Shown in pieces: positions 34,199 through 43,617 of a DNA stretch of 49,235 nucleotides. Position 1 is the first letter of the stretch, and each line of letters starts with the position of its first letter. Origin of the DNA: Nitrospirales bacterium. GTDB taxonomy: Bacteria; Nitrospirota; Nitrospiria; Nitrospirales; UBA8639. The notes beneath the pieces were generated by a model, which was not told the DNA's origin, ran no database searches, and worked only from the letters and a program-made list of their open reading frames with translations. A program made the position numbers and the translations under genes. The stretch spans positions 1-49,235 of the forward strand of contig JAJDZI010000136.1 of NCBI GenBank assembly GCA_022824735.1. Reading direction: 5' to 3'.

Positions 34199-35508
34199 AA
34201 CTCCTGAGTGCCAACGAAACCAAACGTAAGCAAATGCTGCTGGCCGGCGGCGCGGGTGTCGGCCTGATCAGCCTCCTGGTCTTCGGCCTTTGGTTCACCG
34301 ACCCCAATAAGGATCAACCCTCTCTTCGCGAAAAGCAGCGCGAACAAGCAGCCGAAGTCACCAAAAGCTTCCGGACCAAGAAGGCTGTCTCGGCTGAGGA
34401 AACCTGGATTGCCAAATCAGAAGAGAAAATTGCGGAACTTGAAAACAAAAACCGTGACGTCACAACGGCCATGAGGAACATCCGAACCAGCCTCGCTGAA
34501 CTCGGTATCGACGTCGGCGCTCTTGCTAAACAATCGCAAGAGAAGCCGGGGGCGGGGACGCCGGGGGCGGAAGAAGAAGAAGCTGGTCTCCCAATACCCA
34601 ACCTGAAACCCAAACCTCCCGATCCTCTTCCGCTGTTAAAGACGCCCGAGCCACCGACGGTCAATCCACCTCTTCCGGCAATACCGGCACTCCCCAGCCC
34701 CTTGCCGCCGGGACAGGGTACGCGCTTAATCACGCCGGCGCGGAACGTCGCCGGCCAGCCTGATAAAACGTCCCCTCAGCAACAAAACGGCGAGATCCAC
34801 ATGGTCACCGTAGGGAATCGCCCGGCCGGGGACGGCGATGCCAAGAACGTCAAGCAATATATTCCCGCGGGAAGCTTTGCCTCGGTCCGTCTCCTCTCCG
34901 GGGTCGATGCCCCCACCGGGGGCGCTGCCAATGCCAATCCTATTCCCGTTCTCCTTCGGGTGATGACTGATGGCACACTCCCCAATTTCTTTCATTCGAA
35001 CGTGTCAAGCTGCCACGTCGTGGCCTCAGCCCACGGCGAAATATCCAGCGAGCGCGCTCACATCCAACTTGAGAGAATCTCCTGCGTACTCCTCAACGGC
35101 AACGCCATCGAAACTCAAGTAAAGGGGTATATCACGGGTGAGGATGGGAAGGCCGGCATGCGAGGACGCCTTGTCTCCAAACAAGGCTCCCTCATTGCGC
35201 GCTCGCTCCTGACGGGTCTCGCTTCCGGTTTCGGGAGAACGCTCCAGCAACAATCCCAGCAACTCGCAACCAGTCCGCTCGGGGCCGTGGCGACCGTCGA
35301 TCCCAACCGTGTTCTGCAAGCCGGAGCGGGTGCCGGAATCTCCACTGCGCTCGAGAAGATTGCCGACTATTATCTCCAGCGCGCGAATGAAATCTACCCG
35401 ATTATCGAAATCGCCGCGAACCGCGAAGGCGAAGCCATCCTCCAGGAAGGTGTTTCGCTCGATCAACCCATCCTTCACAACACTCGTGAGGGAGAGGACC
35501 TCTTATGA
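34195..35508 (+). CDS. traB: Type-F conjugative transfer protein TraB (VirB10-like)
   Basis: 437 aa. N-terminal TM helix, coiled-coil, Pro-rich linker (PNLKPKPPDPLPLLKTPEPPTVNPPLP). C-terminal beta-barrel region with IPAGSF..VRLLSGVDAP...PIPVLLRV, typical of TraB/VirB10. Confidence 0.8.
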   Translation: MKLLSANETKRKQMLLAGGAGVGLISLLVFGLWFTDPNKDQPSLREKQREQAAEVTKSFRTKKAVSAEETWIAKSEEKIAELENKNRDVTTAMRNIRTSLAELGIDVGALAKQSQEKPGAGTPGAEEEEAGLPIPNLKPKPPDPLPLLKTPEPPTVNPPLPAIPALPSPLPPGQGTRLITPARNVAGQPDKTSPQQQNGEIHMVTVGNRPAGDGDAKNVKQYIPAGSFASVRLLSGVDAPTGGAANANPIPVLLRVMTDGTLPNFFHSNVSSCHVVASAHGEISSERAHIQLERISCVLLNGNAIETQVKGYITGEDGKAGMRGRLVSKQGSLIARSLLTGLASGFGRTLQQQSQQLATSPLGAVATVDPNRVLQAGAGAGISTALEKIADYYLQRANEIYPIIEIAANREGEAILQEGVSLDQPILHNTREGEDLL

Positions 35509-35864
35509 AACTTCTCCTGCTCAGCGTTTTCGCCGGCCTGGCGGCTTGTGGGCCGACGTACACCTGCGGGGACGTTCCGGACGCCGTCTGCCAATCGGTT
35601 TCAGAAACCTACGATCAGGTCCGGGGCGACGCGGGGCAGGACTCTCACGCGATTTTCACTCCTGACCCTCCCGGCCACGTCACCCCCACGACACCGGATA
35701 TGGCGTCTTCACCAAAAGACGCCGGTTTTGGTGAGCCGTTCCTGACACGGCCACGCCTGCTCAGAATCCTGCTGACGCCTTGGGAGGACAAACAGAAAGA
35801 CCTTCACGCCGGCGGGTACGTCTATATCCGTCTGGAGGAATCACAATGGGTGATACCCAGGTAA
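35505..35864 (+). CDS. traV: Type-F conjugative transfer lipoprotein TraV
   Basis: 119 aa. Lipobox LAAC with paired cysteines shortly after it (CGPTYTCG...VC). Position between traB and traC. Confidence 0.65.
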   Translation: MKLLLLSVFAGLAACGPTYTCGDVPDAVCQSVSETYDQVRGDAGQDSHAIFTPDPPGHVTPTTPDMASSPKDAGFGEPFLTRPRLLRILLTPWEDKQKDLHAGGYVYIRLEESQWVIPR

Positions 35865-38437
35865 GTCCATTTCAAAAAGTAAAGGGCGCCATCGACCGGT
35901 TCACCAACGTCGTCAAAATGTCGCTCTTGAGCGACGTCCCGCCCGGCGTCGCTTGGCAAAACGGACAGGCCCTCCCGACCGCGGCCCAGTTCCGTGCCCT
36001 TTCGGAGCGCTACCCCCTTGCCACCGTGTTTCCGTATGAATCCCATGACCCCGAAACCAACCTGTATTACAACCACGACACCGTCGGGTTCATGCTCTAC
36101 GCGAACCCTGCCACGGGCCTTGGAGTCAATGAACTGAAAATCCTCAATCAGTTCTTTGTGCAGCAACACCGGTCGGATGCGCTCATTCAAATCTCCCTGA
36201 TTGCGGATAACAATGTCGACGGAATCCTCCAGCCCTGGTCTGATCTTAAGAACAAGAGCGCCGGCACGGCCAATCATCATATTTTTGCCACGCTCGCCCA
36301 AAATCGTCTCGACTATTTCCTCAAAGGGAAGTGGGATTCCCTGTTCCAGGACCAGGCGTTCCTCGTCCGCACGTTTCACCTTATCATCTCCTACACGATG
36401 CCCGGCAATTACGATCTTTCCGAAGATGATCTCAGCTACCTCTTGAAGACGCGAGAAGCCATCCAGGGCACGTTGAAGTCCGCGCGCATGGATTCCGTCA
36501 GTCTCCACCCCGAGCGCTTCATCAACATCATGAGCAGCATCCTGAATCCCACGCATGAGCCACGACCGACGCTGACCTACGACCCCGACAATCTCCTCAA
36601 TGCCCAGATCGTCGACGGCGACACGGCCTTGCTCATCGACGCCGGCGCCGGGAGCTTCGTCCATAACAATGCCGCCTACACCATGCTCCCTTTTCACGTC
36701 AAACAGTATCCGCAATATTGGGCGGGCTTTAACAATGCAAAGCTCCTCGGCGACCCCACGAACAACATTCTTCGGCTTCCCTGCCCTTTTATCATTACGA
36801 TGACCGTCAATATTCCCGATCAAATCTACATTAAAGGGAAAATCAAACGGCAGAGTGCCAGGGCCACCCAGATGGTGGACTCGCCGGCGTCCAAATACGT
36901 CCCGCAGTGGAAGGAGAGAAAACGCGACTGGGATTACGTCAATCGGAAAGTTGAAGACGGCAATACATTGCTCGAGGCCTCCTACCAGATTCTTCTCTTC
37001 ACACCTCAGGGGCGCGAGCAGACCTGCGAGCAGGCCCTCAGGGGGCTCTACAATTCCTTCGGCTGGCTCCTGTCACGCAGCCGCTACAGCCCCATGCACG
37101 CGCTCCTTGGGGCCCTACCCATGGCGATCAATACCGAATGTAAACGCGCGCTCAAAATGTTCGGGTATTTCCAAACCCGGTTGTCCTGGACCTGCACCAA
37201 TATCGCCCCCTGGATTGCCGAGTGGAAAGGCACACAAACCCCGATGATGCTCTTTACCGGCCGGCGCGGGCAGTTGACCTATTTCGATCCCTTCGACAAT
37301 ACCCAAGGAAATTACAATATGGCCTGCTGCGCGACGTCCGGGTCCGGAAAATCCTTCCTGACCCAGGAATGGGTCTGTAATTGTCTTGGTGCCGGGGGGC
37401 GCGTCTTCGTCATTGACGCCGGACACAGCTACCGGAATCTTTGTCAGCTCCTGGGTGGCACCTACATCGACTTCGGCGATGACGATCTCGACATTCGTCT
37501 CAACCCCTTTTCCTTTATCAACGCGGATGACCCGAAACATTTCGCCGAGCAGGTGCCCCTCATCAAAATGCTCGTCGCGCAGATGGCCTCTCCGGACGCG
37601 CCCCTCACACCCGTTCAGAAAGGGCTCCTGGAAAACGCCATCCTGCATACGTGGGAGGAACACAAAAATGCGGCCACGATTACGCGGATTGTCGGGGCCC
37701 TTGAAACCCTCAATGAAAACGACCCGGATCTCCAGCGCCAGGCCAAAGATCTTGCCGTCATGCTCCAGTCCTTCACGAAGACCGGCATGTATGGCGCCTA
37801 CTTCGAAGGGACCGCAACCGTTGACCTCGACAATCAATTCGTCGTGCTCGAACTCGATGCCCTCAATGCCAAACCCGACCTTCAAAGCGTCGTGCTGCTG
37901 ATCCTCATGCTTCGGATCACTCAAGTCATGTACCTGTCGAAGAATAAATCCCAGCGCAAGCTCTGTATTATCGACGAAGCCTGGCGGCTCTTGTCCAAAG
38001 GACAGGCCGGCGACTTCATCCAGGAAGGATTCCGCGTGGCCCGCAAGCACGGCGGCAGCTTCATGACCATCACCCAGCGCCTCTCGGATTATCATAGTTC
38101 GCCAACCGCCGAAGCCGCGCTCAGCAACTCCGATTACACGCTCTTCTTGCGACAAAAAGACGACGAACTGGCGCTCGCGGCCGAGAAGGGCTGGCTGGAT
38201 AAACACAACGGCAGCGTTGATCTTCTCCGTTCTCTCGAAACGCTACAAGGTAAATATTCTGAATTGGTGATCCAATCGCCGAAAGGCTTTGTCCCCGTCC
38301 GCTTCATTGTGGATCCACTCACGGAGAAGCTGTTTTCGACGAAAGCCAATGAAGTTGAGGCCATTCAAACGGCCTTAGCCCATGGTCGTAACATCATGGA
38401 CGCGGTCAAGGAACTCAGTGAACAGCAACGACGATAA
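35846..38437 (+). CDS. traC: Type-F conjugative transfer ATPase TraC (VirB4 family)
   Basis: GGAGGA Shine-Dalgarno before the ATG at 35846. About 863 aa. Walker A ATSGSGKSF, Walker B CIIDEAW. The length and order match F TraC. Confidence 0.9.
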   Translation: MGDTQVSPFQKVKGAIDRFTNVVKMSLLSDVPPGVAWQNGQALPTAAQFRALSERYPLATVFPYESHDPETNLYYNHDTVGFMLYANPATGLGVNELKILNQFFVQQHRSDALIQISLIADNNVDGILQPWSDLKNKSAGTANHHIFATLAQNRLDYFLKGKWDSLFQDQAFLVRTFHLIISYTMPGNYDLSEDDLSYLLKTREAIQGTLKSARMDSVSLHPERFINIMSSILNPTHEPRPTLTYDPDNLLNAQIVDGDTALLIDAGAGSFVHNNAAYTMLPFHVKQYPQYWAGFNNAKLLGDPTNNILRLPCPFIITMTVNIPDQIYIKGKIKRQSARATQMVDSPASKYVPQWKERKRDWDYVNRKVEDGNTLLEASYQILLFTPQGREQTCEQALRGLYNSFGWLLSRSRYSPMHALLGALPMAINTECKRALKMFGYFQTRLSWTCTNIAPWIAEWKGTQTPMMLFTGRRGQLTYFDPFDNTQGNYNMACCATSGSGKSFLTQEWVCNCLGAGGRVFVIDAGHSYRNLCQLLGGTYIDFGDDDLDIRLNPFSFINADDPKHFAEQVPLIKMLVAQMASPDAPLTPVQKGLLENAILHTWEEHKNAATITRIVGALETLNENDPDLQRQAKDLAVMLQSFTKTGMYGAYFEGTATVDLDNQFVVLELDALNAKPDLQSVVLLILMLRITQVMYLSKNKSQRKLCIIDEAWRLLSKGQAGDFIQEGFRVARKHGGSFMTITQRLSDYHSSPTAEAALSNSDYTLFLRQKDDELALAAEKGWLDKHNGSVDLLRSLETLQGKYSELVIQSPKGFVPVRFIVDPLTEKLFSTKANEVEAIQTALAHGRNIMDAVKELSEQQRR

Positions 38438-38453
38438 CATTGAACAGGACACC

Positions 38454-38894
38454 ATGACTGCTGAACCCGCAACAACACAGGAAATCCAAGGAACGCCGGC
38501 AGCCGCGGCGCCACAGCCACAAATCCCAAACGCGATACCGGCCGGCGCGATGAGTACGACAAAACTTCTTGCTTTCGCCTCCTTGGCCGGCGCGTTCGCC
38601 GCCCTGCTCGTCATCGCTATTCACTTCGTCGGCAAAGAACCTCCGGTCCGATTCGGCGTTGTCAATATCCAGGACATTCTCGAACGCCATATCAAGGAGT
38701 ATGCTGCGCGCAATCTCACCAAGGAACAGCAACAAGAAGCCGCCGCGACCTTCTCAAAATCTCTCGAATTCGAGATTCGCCAACTCGCCAAGAAAGAACG
38801 GCTCCACCTTCTGGTCGCACCGGCGGTCCTGTCCGACGTGCCCGACTATACCGGATACATTGAGCAGCAATTACAGGTGCCCGATGGCCTGTAA
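38454..38894 (+). CDS. trbI: Type-F conjugative transfer protein TrbI
   Basis: One TM helix, then VRFGVVNIQDILERHIKEYAARNLTKEQQQEAAATFSKSLEFEI...LLVAPAVLSDVPDYTGYI. This is co-linear with the TrbI pattern. Position after traC, as in F. Confidence 0.6.
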   Translation: MTAEPATTQEIQGTPAAAAPQPQIPNAIPAGAMSTTKLLAFASLAGAFAALLVIAIHFVGKEPPVRFGVVNIQDILERHIKEYAARNLTKEQQQEAAATFSKSLEFEIRQLAKKERLHLLVAPAVLSDVPDYTGYIEQQLQVPDGL

Positions 38895-39375
38895 CCTGAC
38901 ACCGCGACAGATGCGGCGCATACTCCGCTGGGGGTTCGCCGGCGTCTTGTTCGTTATAGCCATATGGGCGCTTTCGTTCTTTTATCTCATCGGTTTCAAT
39001 ACGACCAATAGCTTGCCCGGATACGTGTACCTGGTCATCAGGTCTCACTACCCCGCGAAGAACGAGCTCGTTGCGTTCCATCCCCCGCCCAATGACTTCT
39101 ATCCGCATCGCTGGTTCATCAAATACGTAAAAGGAGCAGCCGGTGACGTCGTCCGCTGGGACGGCCAGACTTTCTCCATCAATGATCAACCTCTGGGTTC
39201 AGCCAAAGTTCGTTCTGAAAACGGGATCGCGTTGGCGCGCGGAACCGCAGGACAGATTCCTCCTCATTATTATTTCGTCTGGAGTGAACATGCTGACAGT
39301 TTCGACAGCCGCTATGCACAAATCGACCTGGTTCATCGGGATCGCATTATCGGCCGCGCTTATCGGCTCTTCTAG
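38884..39375 (+). CDS. trhF: Conjugative transfer signal peptidase (S26 family; RP4 TraF / IncH TrhF-like)
   Basis: NTTNSLPGYVY (Ser nucleophile box), IKYVKGAAGD (Lys box) and SFDSRY, which are the LepB/TraF-peptidase signatures. Confidence 0.75.
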   Translation: MACNLTPRQMRRILRWGFAGVLFVIAIWALSFFYLIGFNTTNSLPGYVYLVIRSHYPAKNELVAFHPPPNDFYPHRWFIKYVKGAAGDVVRWDGQTFSINDQPLGSAKVRSENGIALARGTAGQIPPHYYFVWSEHADSFDSRYAQIDLVHRDRIIGRAYRLF

Positions 39376-39940
39376 CCACGGGCGTGACCTGGGGGCCATC
39401 GGTCCCTCCTATGCAATCCCTGAGCGCAATATCCTGGAGGTGATCCGGGAGCGTCTTCAGGAGCGCATGAAAGACGGATTCCTGGAAAAACAGCGCCGCA
39501 AGCTCGCCGAACGTTCCAAGCGGTACATCACGCGGCCTCGCGGCCTCCCGCTTCCTCGAACGCAAACGTATCGAGCCTACGACGTCAGCCTGGAATTCGT
39601 CACCACCGAGGACATCACCGACGGCCATGGCCACGTCCTCTACCCGGCGGGCACCCGCGTCAATCCCCTGGTTTTTCAGTCGCTCACAAAAATACTCTGC
39701 TTCGCGGATGGAGACGACCCGGACCAGGTCCGGTGGCTCAATCGCCACTGCCCGGACCCCCTGAAACATAAACTGATCCTCGTCCGGGGGAATTATCCGA
39801 ACGTCGCGGAGCAACTCGGCCGGCGGCTCTATTTCGATCAACACGGATACCTCGCCGGTCGTTTCGGATTACGGACTGTCCCGGCCACGGTTCGCCAAAA
39901 GGAACAGGTGCTGTATGTCGAAGAAATCCCGATACCATAA
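39314..39940 (+). CDS. traW: Type-F conjugative transfer protein TraW
   Basis: Signal peptide MHKSTWFIGIALSAALIGSSSHG, then RDLGAIGPSYAIPERNILEVI (F TraW has ADLGTWGDLWPVKEPDMLTVI). An alternative ATG is at 39290. Confidence 0.75.
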   Translation: MHKSTWFIGIALSAALIGSSSHGRDLGAIGPSYAIPERNILEVIRERLQERMKDGFLEKQRRKLAERSKRYITRPRGLPLPRTQTYRAYDVSLEFVTTEDITDGHGHVLYPAGTRVNPLVFQSLTKILCFADGDDPDQVRWLNRHCPDPLKHKLILVRGNYPNVAEQLGRRLYFDQHGYLAGRFGLRTVPATVRQKEQVLYVEEIPIP

Positions 39941-40949
39941 AGCTCTGACGATTCTCGTTGCCGTCTTTCTCGGTGTGGCGTTTCTTCTCTCCGCGGGGCT
40001 GACTCTCGATCGCGCTCACGCCGCGCCGTGTAACGGCACGTTCCCGAATCCGATGACGGATATCTGCTGGTCCTGTCTCTTTCCCATGTCTATCGGTCCG
40101 GTCGAGATCGCCTTCGGACAACCGAGTAACGGCGATTCCGCGCCGCCGATGCTCTGCACTTGTCCCGCACCGGCACCGCTTTTTATCCGCATTGGGATTG
40201 GCTTCGCTTTCTGGGAACCTGCCCGGGTTGCCGAGGTTGTCCGGACGCCTTTCTGCTCACCGACCCTCGGCGGCGTGAAGCTTGCCGATCTCACCGTGCC
40301 TCATGGCACTCACCATGAACACGACGGCGAACAGGGCAATGCCTTCTATCAGGTTCACTGGTTCCAATACCCGGCTCTTTCCTGGCTCGGTATGGCGCTC
40401 ACGACCGTCATGTGCTTTGCCTCCGAACCGTTCGACCTCGTCTATCTGTCCGAGCTCGACCCCTTGTGGGATGACGACCAGCTCACCTTTCTTCTCAATC
40501 CGGAGGCGATCCTGTTCAGCAATAAAATTGCCCAGGCCGCGTGTATTGCCGATACCATCGCCGCCCGCCTCAATTCTTTTGGTCTCGATACATTGTTCTG
40601 GTGTTCCGGGTCGCAGGGCTCCGTCTACCCGCTCTCCGGCAATCATGCGAATCACGTGGGCGGCGTCGATTCCAGTCTCGTCATCGTGCACAAACACATT
40701 TTCAAAATGCACCGGCAGCTTCTCGCTCGAGACACGTCGACCAGCGGTGCCATGTGCGGTCCGCAACCACAACCGATTCTCCGGAAAAAGCAATATAAAC
40801 AGCAGATGCTGTTCCCAACCCCACAAACCGACCAAGGCTACGGTTTCGGCGCACCCTCAATCTTATGGGGCGCCGGCCGCGAGTATCCGTACAAAGGCGA
40901 AGACTTCTCGTACCTGATCTGGAGGAAACGCAAATGCTGCGCGTTTTAA
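39915..40949 (+). CDS. traU: Type-F conjugative transfer pilus assembly protein TraU
   Basis: CNGTFPNPMTDICWSCLFPMSIG is the hallmark TraU motif. 344 aa, Cys-rich, with a signal peptide. Confidence 0.9.
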   Translation: MSKKSRYHKALTILVAVFLGVAFLLSAGLTLDRAHAAPCNGTFPNPMTDICWSCLFPMSIGPVEIAFGQPSNGDSAPPMLCTCPAPAPLFIRIGIGFAFWEPARVAEVVRTPFCSPTLGGVKLADLTVPHGTHHEHDGEQGNAFYQVHWFQYPALSWLGMALTTVMCFASEPFDLVYLSELDPLWDDDQLTFLLNPEAILFSNKIAQAACIADTIAARLNSFGLDTLFWCSGSQGSVYPLSGNHANHVGGVDSSLVIVHKHIFKMHRQLLARDTSTSGAMCGPQPQPILRKKQYKQQMLFPTPQTDQGYGFGAPSILWGAGREYPYKGEDFSYLIWRKRKCCAF

Positions 40950-41689
40950 GATTTTGCTGTTTCCTCCTCGCCTTCATGCCGACGGGCCTTGCGTTTTCAC
41001 AACCTGCCTACCAGGAACCCGATCCGGCAGCCGTCCAACGTCAGCGAGAACACATCGACCGTGCCCTGCACGACGCTCAATCTCTCCTCCAGGAAGGGGC
41101 TCTTGCAGACCATCTCGAGCCGGCCGCCGGCGCGCTTGACCATACAGACGCACCAGGGAGCGGTTTTGGCTTCTCTCTTCCGGATAGCCTCTCTCAAGGT
41201 TATCCGTTCATCGATGAGCACGTCGGCAAGGCCGTGGGGGCCCAACAGGCACCACGGCCTACTTCGCGCGATGACCGCATCAGGCCCCTTATTCTCATCA
41301 GCTTCGGGATGCCGGACAGCCAAATACGCGCGCTGCTGGCAGAAGCCCACCGCTTGAAAGCGGCGGTCGTCATTCGTGGCCTCGTCAATGACGACTGGGG
41401 AGAAACCATCGCCGCCATTCACCGGCTCAGTGACGACGGGCTCAGCGGCATCAGCATCGATCCCACGGTCTTTGTCCGCTTCGGAGTCTCGCGCGTCCCG
41501 ACGTTCGTGCTGCCCCTTGAACGTCTTGAGCCTTGTACCCAGGATGGCTGCCGGCCGGTGAAACACGTGCGCGCCACGGGGTCTGCCTCGCTCTCCTACT
41601 TCCTTGATTTTGTCGCACGGGTCGGCAGCCCCGAGGAACGGCACAAGGCGCAAAACTGGCTCGCCCGTCACAAGGGAGAAAAGCCATGA
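40934..41689 (+). CDS. trbC: Type-F conjugative transfer pilin assembly protein TrbC
   Basis: GGAGGA Shine-Dalgarno. Signal peptide. LILISFGMPDSQIRALLAEAHRLKAAVVIRGL...ISIDPTVFVRFGVSRVPTFVL matches the TrbC core. Confidence 0.75.
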   Translation: MLRVLRFCCFLLAFMPTGLAFSQPAYQEPDPAAVQRQREHIDRALHDAQSLLQEGALADHLEPAAGALDHTDAPGSGFGFSLPDSLSQGYPFIDEHVGKAVGAQQAPRPTSRDDRIRPLILISFGMPDSQIRALLAEAHRLKAAVVIRGLVNDDWGETIAAIHRLSDDGLSGISIDPTVFVRFGVSRVPTFVLPLERLEPCTQDGCRPVKHVRATGSASLSYFLDFVARVGSPEERHKAQNWLARHKGEKP

Positions 41690-42750
41690 AACCCTCAGAC
41701 GTACTCTTATTCTGGTTTTTCGTTCTGGCCGGCATCGCCGGCGCCGGTGCCGTTCTTGCCGGAGACAGGGGCGATGCCATTCAAGACGGCAAAAACTTCG
41801 CCGTTCAAGAAAATGCCGTGATCCGCGATGTCCCGCACAATCTTGATCCCGACACCATGCCCAATTACCACGGCACGAATATCCCTGAAAAGAATTACTA
41901 CTCGGCCGGTTCCACCCTGCAAAGCCAAGCCGAATCTCATGCCGCCTCAGATCCCAATGCACAATACATCACCAATGCCAGGACCAGCCGGCCGGTCCAG
42001 ATCATCGATCCAAAGACAGACCCGCTCCTGACACATAAACCGGCCAATGAGATTCGTATGACTGCCCTTACACAAACCTATACCGGTTGTGATTCCGTCA
42101 ATATACCCAATGCCTCCGTCTCCGTCTGCGGCAGCCAACTCATCTGTCCGGATGGCACCTGCACGGCGGACGTTGGACAGACCCACACGCCCTCTACGGC
42201 GGACTTCGCCCGAGCGGCCTCCTATCTCTCGGTCCTTCAAGAAATGACCGACACCCTCGACACCAGTACCCTCGAAGTCTTTCGTGGAAACAATAAACGA
42301 TGCAAAGACAATAATTTCGGCCTCTTTACCTGTTGTCAAAATCCCGGCAATGCTCAATGCAATGCAATGGAACGCGAACTTCGCATCGACCGCGACGAGC
42401 AACGCACCCACTACGTCGGTCGCTATAAAAATTGCGACGTCCGGCTCCTCTTCTTCTGCGCTCTCTGGCGGGACTATAAATCTTATTGCGCCTTCCCCTC
42501 GAAACTCGCCAGGATCGTCGTCGTCCAGGGACGCGCCCAGATTGGTAAAGCCTATGGCGGTCCCAGAAATCCGGATTGCTCGGGCTTCACGCTCCAGGAG
42601 CTCCCGACCGTTGACTTTGAATCTATCGACCTCTCTGAATACCATGCCGACGTCATAGCCGAAGCCAATGCCGGAACGACACCGGCTGTCGTCGATGCCG
42701 TCGATGGCATGAAACAAAAACTCCGACAACGGCACCCCAATATCCCATGA
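41686..42750 (+). CDS. traN: Mating-pair stabilisation protein TraN (short form)
   Basis: Signal peptide. Cys-rich (about 20 Cys) with CCQNPGNAQC and similar blocks. Position between trbC and traF. 354 aa, against roughly 600 aa in F as I recall it. Confidence 0.7.
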   Translation: MKPSDVLLFWFFVLAGIAGAGAVLAGDRGDAIQDGKNFAVQENAVIRDVPHNLDPDTMPNYHGTNIPEKNYYSAGSTLQSQAESHAASDPNAQYITNARTSRPVQIIDPKTDPLLTHKPANEIRMTALTQTYTGCDSVNIPNASVSVCGSQLICPDGTCTADVGQTHTPSTADFARAASYLSVLQEMTDTLDTSTLEVFRGNNKRCKDNNFGLFTCCQNPGNAQCNAMERELRIDRDEQRTHYVGRYKNCDVRLLFFCALWRDYKSYCAFPSKLARIVVVQGRAQIGKAYGGPRNPDCSGFTLQELPTVDFESIDLSEYHADVIAEANAGTTPAVVDAVDGMKQKLRQRHPNIP

Positions 42751-43592
42751 TCATTCGTCTCCTGTACCTTCTCCTCACCGTTTTTGTCCTGCTCCCTGCC
42801 GTCCAAGGGCGAGGACAGGACTCGGCTGCCTCTCCCACGGGGAAGTTTTCTTCCTCCTTAGTCTTCCCCTCCTATGACAAAGAGGCCGGCCGCGGGCGGC
42901 ATTGGTATCAATTGCCACCACCGCCACCAGAAGAGCGAGATCCGGAGCCGGAACCGGCCTCTCCGGCTCTTCCGGTGCCGGCGCCGCTCACGCCACGTGA
43001 GATCCTTCAAAAACAAGGGGAAGCCTGGGAAGACGCGCTGGCTCGCGCGGTCCTGCATCCCTCTGCAGAAAACTATCTCGAGTACTTGCGGCTCACCGCC
43101 GCCATTCAAGCGCAAGCCCAGCAATTCGCTATGGGGTTCAGGCAAGCCATCTGGAGCGCACCAGAATATGACTATACCCTTGTGAATCCCGTTCGCGCCG
43201 AGGCTATTTCCGCGAAAAATCAGGCCGCGCTTATTCAGGAGACGGCTGATCTCACCACATTGGCCGACCAGTATGGCTTGGTCTTCTTCCTGCGGGGCGA
43301 TTGCCCCTATTGTCAGCGTTTCGCGCCGATCCTGAAGGCCTTCGCCGACGCACACGGTTTTTCCGTGCTCCCCGTGTCACTTGACGGCAAGGGATTACCG
43401 GAATTTCCGGATCCCCAGCGCAACGCCCTCTTGGCGTCGAAGCTCCAGGTGGACGTCGTCCCAACTGTCTTCCTGGTGGACCCGGTTCGGGATCAACTCC
43501 TGCCCGTATCCTACGGCTTCACGGACGCTTCGACCTTGGCGAAAAAGATCTTATGGGCGTCGGATAACATGAAAAACGACAAAAACAAATAA
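42747..43592 (+). CDS. traF: Type-F conjugative transfer thioredoxin-fold protein TraF/TrbB-like, retaining a CPYC redox motif
   Basis: GRHWYQLPPPPPEE N-terminal motif. FFLRGDCPYCQRFAPILKAFADAHGFSVLPVSLDG thioredoxin-like core. Confidence 0.75.
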   Translation: MIIRLLYLLLTVFVLLPAVQGRGQDSAASPTGKFSSSLVFPSYDKEAGRGRHWYQLPPPPPEERDPEPEPASPALPVPAPLTPREILQKQGEAWEDALARAVLHPSAENYLEYLRLTAAIQAQAQQFAMGFRQAIWSAPEYDYTLVNPVRAEAISAKNQAALIQETADLTTLADQYGLVFFLRGDCPYCQRFAPILKAFADAHGFSVLPVSLDGKGLPEFPDPQRNALLASKLQVDVVPTVFLVDPVRDQLLPVSYGFTDASTLAKKILWASDNMKNDKNK

Positions 43593-43617
43593 GTCTAATT
43601 GGACTCCAAGATTTCCA

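Noticed and set aside
34314-34733. 139-aa Gly/Pro/Ser-rich antisense ORF inside traB, and 35822-36823 / 37115-38206 antisense ORFs inside traC.
   Set aside because: These are mirror images of the Pro-rich TraB linker and of the TraC coding sequence. They have no independent start signals or motifs.
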